Source of the DNA: Scyliorhinus canicula
Lineage: Eukaryota
Reading direction: 5' to 3'
DNA length: 64,000 nt
NCBI RefSeq assembly: GCF_902713615.1
Contig: NC_052149.1
Span: 229,798,986-229,862,985, forward strand
Positions 63,285-64,000 of the stretch are shown in pieces. The first letter of the stretch is position 1. Every line of letters begins with the position of its first letter. The notes beneath the pieces are model-generated. The model saw nothing but the letters and a program-made list of their open reading frames with translations. It did no database searches and was not told the DNA's origin. Both the position numbers and the translations under genes were made by a program.

Positions 63285-63620
63285 ATCAAAGACCCCTCCC
63301 ACCCGGCTTCCTCACTCTTCCAACTTCTTCCATTGGGCAGGAGATACAAAAGTCTGAGAACACCCACGAACAGACTCAAAAACAAATTCTTCCCCACTGT
63401 TACCACTGTTACCAGACTCCTAAAAGACCCCCTTATGGACTGACCTGATTAATACTACACCGCTGTATGCTTCACCCGATGCTGGTGTCTATATTGTGTA
63501 CCTTGTGTTGCCCTATTGTGTATTTTCTTTTCATGTACTTAATGATCTGTTGAGCTACTCGCCGAAAAATACTTTTCACTGTACCTCGTTACACGTGGCA
63601 ATAAACAAACAAACAAACAA
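63285..63620 (+). mobile_element. Rex1/Babar LINE 3' end
   Basis: DPSHPASSLFQLLPLGRRYKSLRTPTNRLKNKFFP, typical of the Rex1 C-terminus. Tail cttttcactgtacctc..cacgtggcaataa(acaa)n. Confidence 0.75.
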
Positions 63621-63885
63621 GTCACAATCTCGCTTTACATAAACGTGTGCAGCTTGATAGGTGATCCTGTCTTGTTGAAATGACCGTATCTTTTTTCTCC
63701 CCCACTTTCTGATTGATCGGGTGTGACTTGTAAAAAATGATAAAACTCTAATTAAGATATCTATATAAAAAACCTTAGAGCAAAGCCATTCAGGAAGCAC
63801 TTTTTCACACCAAGGGTGGTGGAATTCTGGAACCCTTTCCCCTGTAAAGCTGGGCAGCGATTGAGATTGGGTGTTATTAAGGAAT

Positions 63886-64000
63886 GGGCGAAATTCTCCG
63901 CTCCCGGGAAAAATCGGGAGGGCCGTCGTGAACTCGGCCGAGTTTCACGACGGCCTCGGAGGCCGCTCCTCGCCCCCTATTCTCCCCTCCCGGCGGGGCT
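63886..64000. mobile_element. Left end of a second copy of the 51558 MITE family
   Basis: aat|gggcgaaattctccgc followed by the same gccgtcgtgaactcggccgagtttcacgacggc hairpin. Confidence 0.8.

Overview
Eukaryotic, repeat-dense vertebrate DNA. The repeat content (HE1-like V-SINEs, DeuSINE remnants, CR1, L1, Rex1, Penelope-like and Harbinger elements) points to a cartilaginous fish, probably a shark; this is an inference. One host gene is reconstructable by hand and is mostly missed by the ORF track: a complete 5-exon leukotriene C4 synthase (LTC4S, MAPEG family) on the + strand. Its exons are 576-633, 32632-32731, 35574-35644, 36764-36845 and 37905-38043 (149 aa, all GT-AG introns, 32 kb intron 1). 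The rest is transposable elements and minisatellites: two young 5'-truncated L1 copies with TSDs, several solo LTRs, decayed Harbinger elements with MITEs, and many SINEs. Most long ORFs in the track are repeat artefacts. The most intriguing observations are (1) a 24-bp minisatellite whose antisense strand is an array of about 41 bulged let-7 target sites, (2) a 27-bp minisatellite with about 32 NF-kB-consensus sites in LTC4S intron 1, (3) one V-SINE head joined to four different tails matching LINE types present in the window, (4) fold-back elements with hammerhead-like cores, and (5) a U2 snRNA 5' fragment. All family assignments were made by eye, without database searches.
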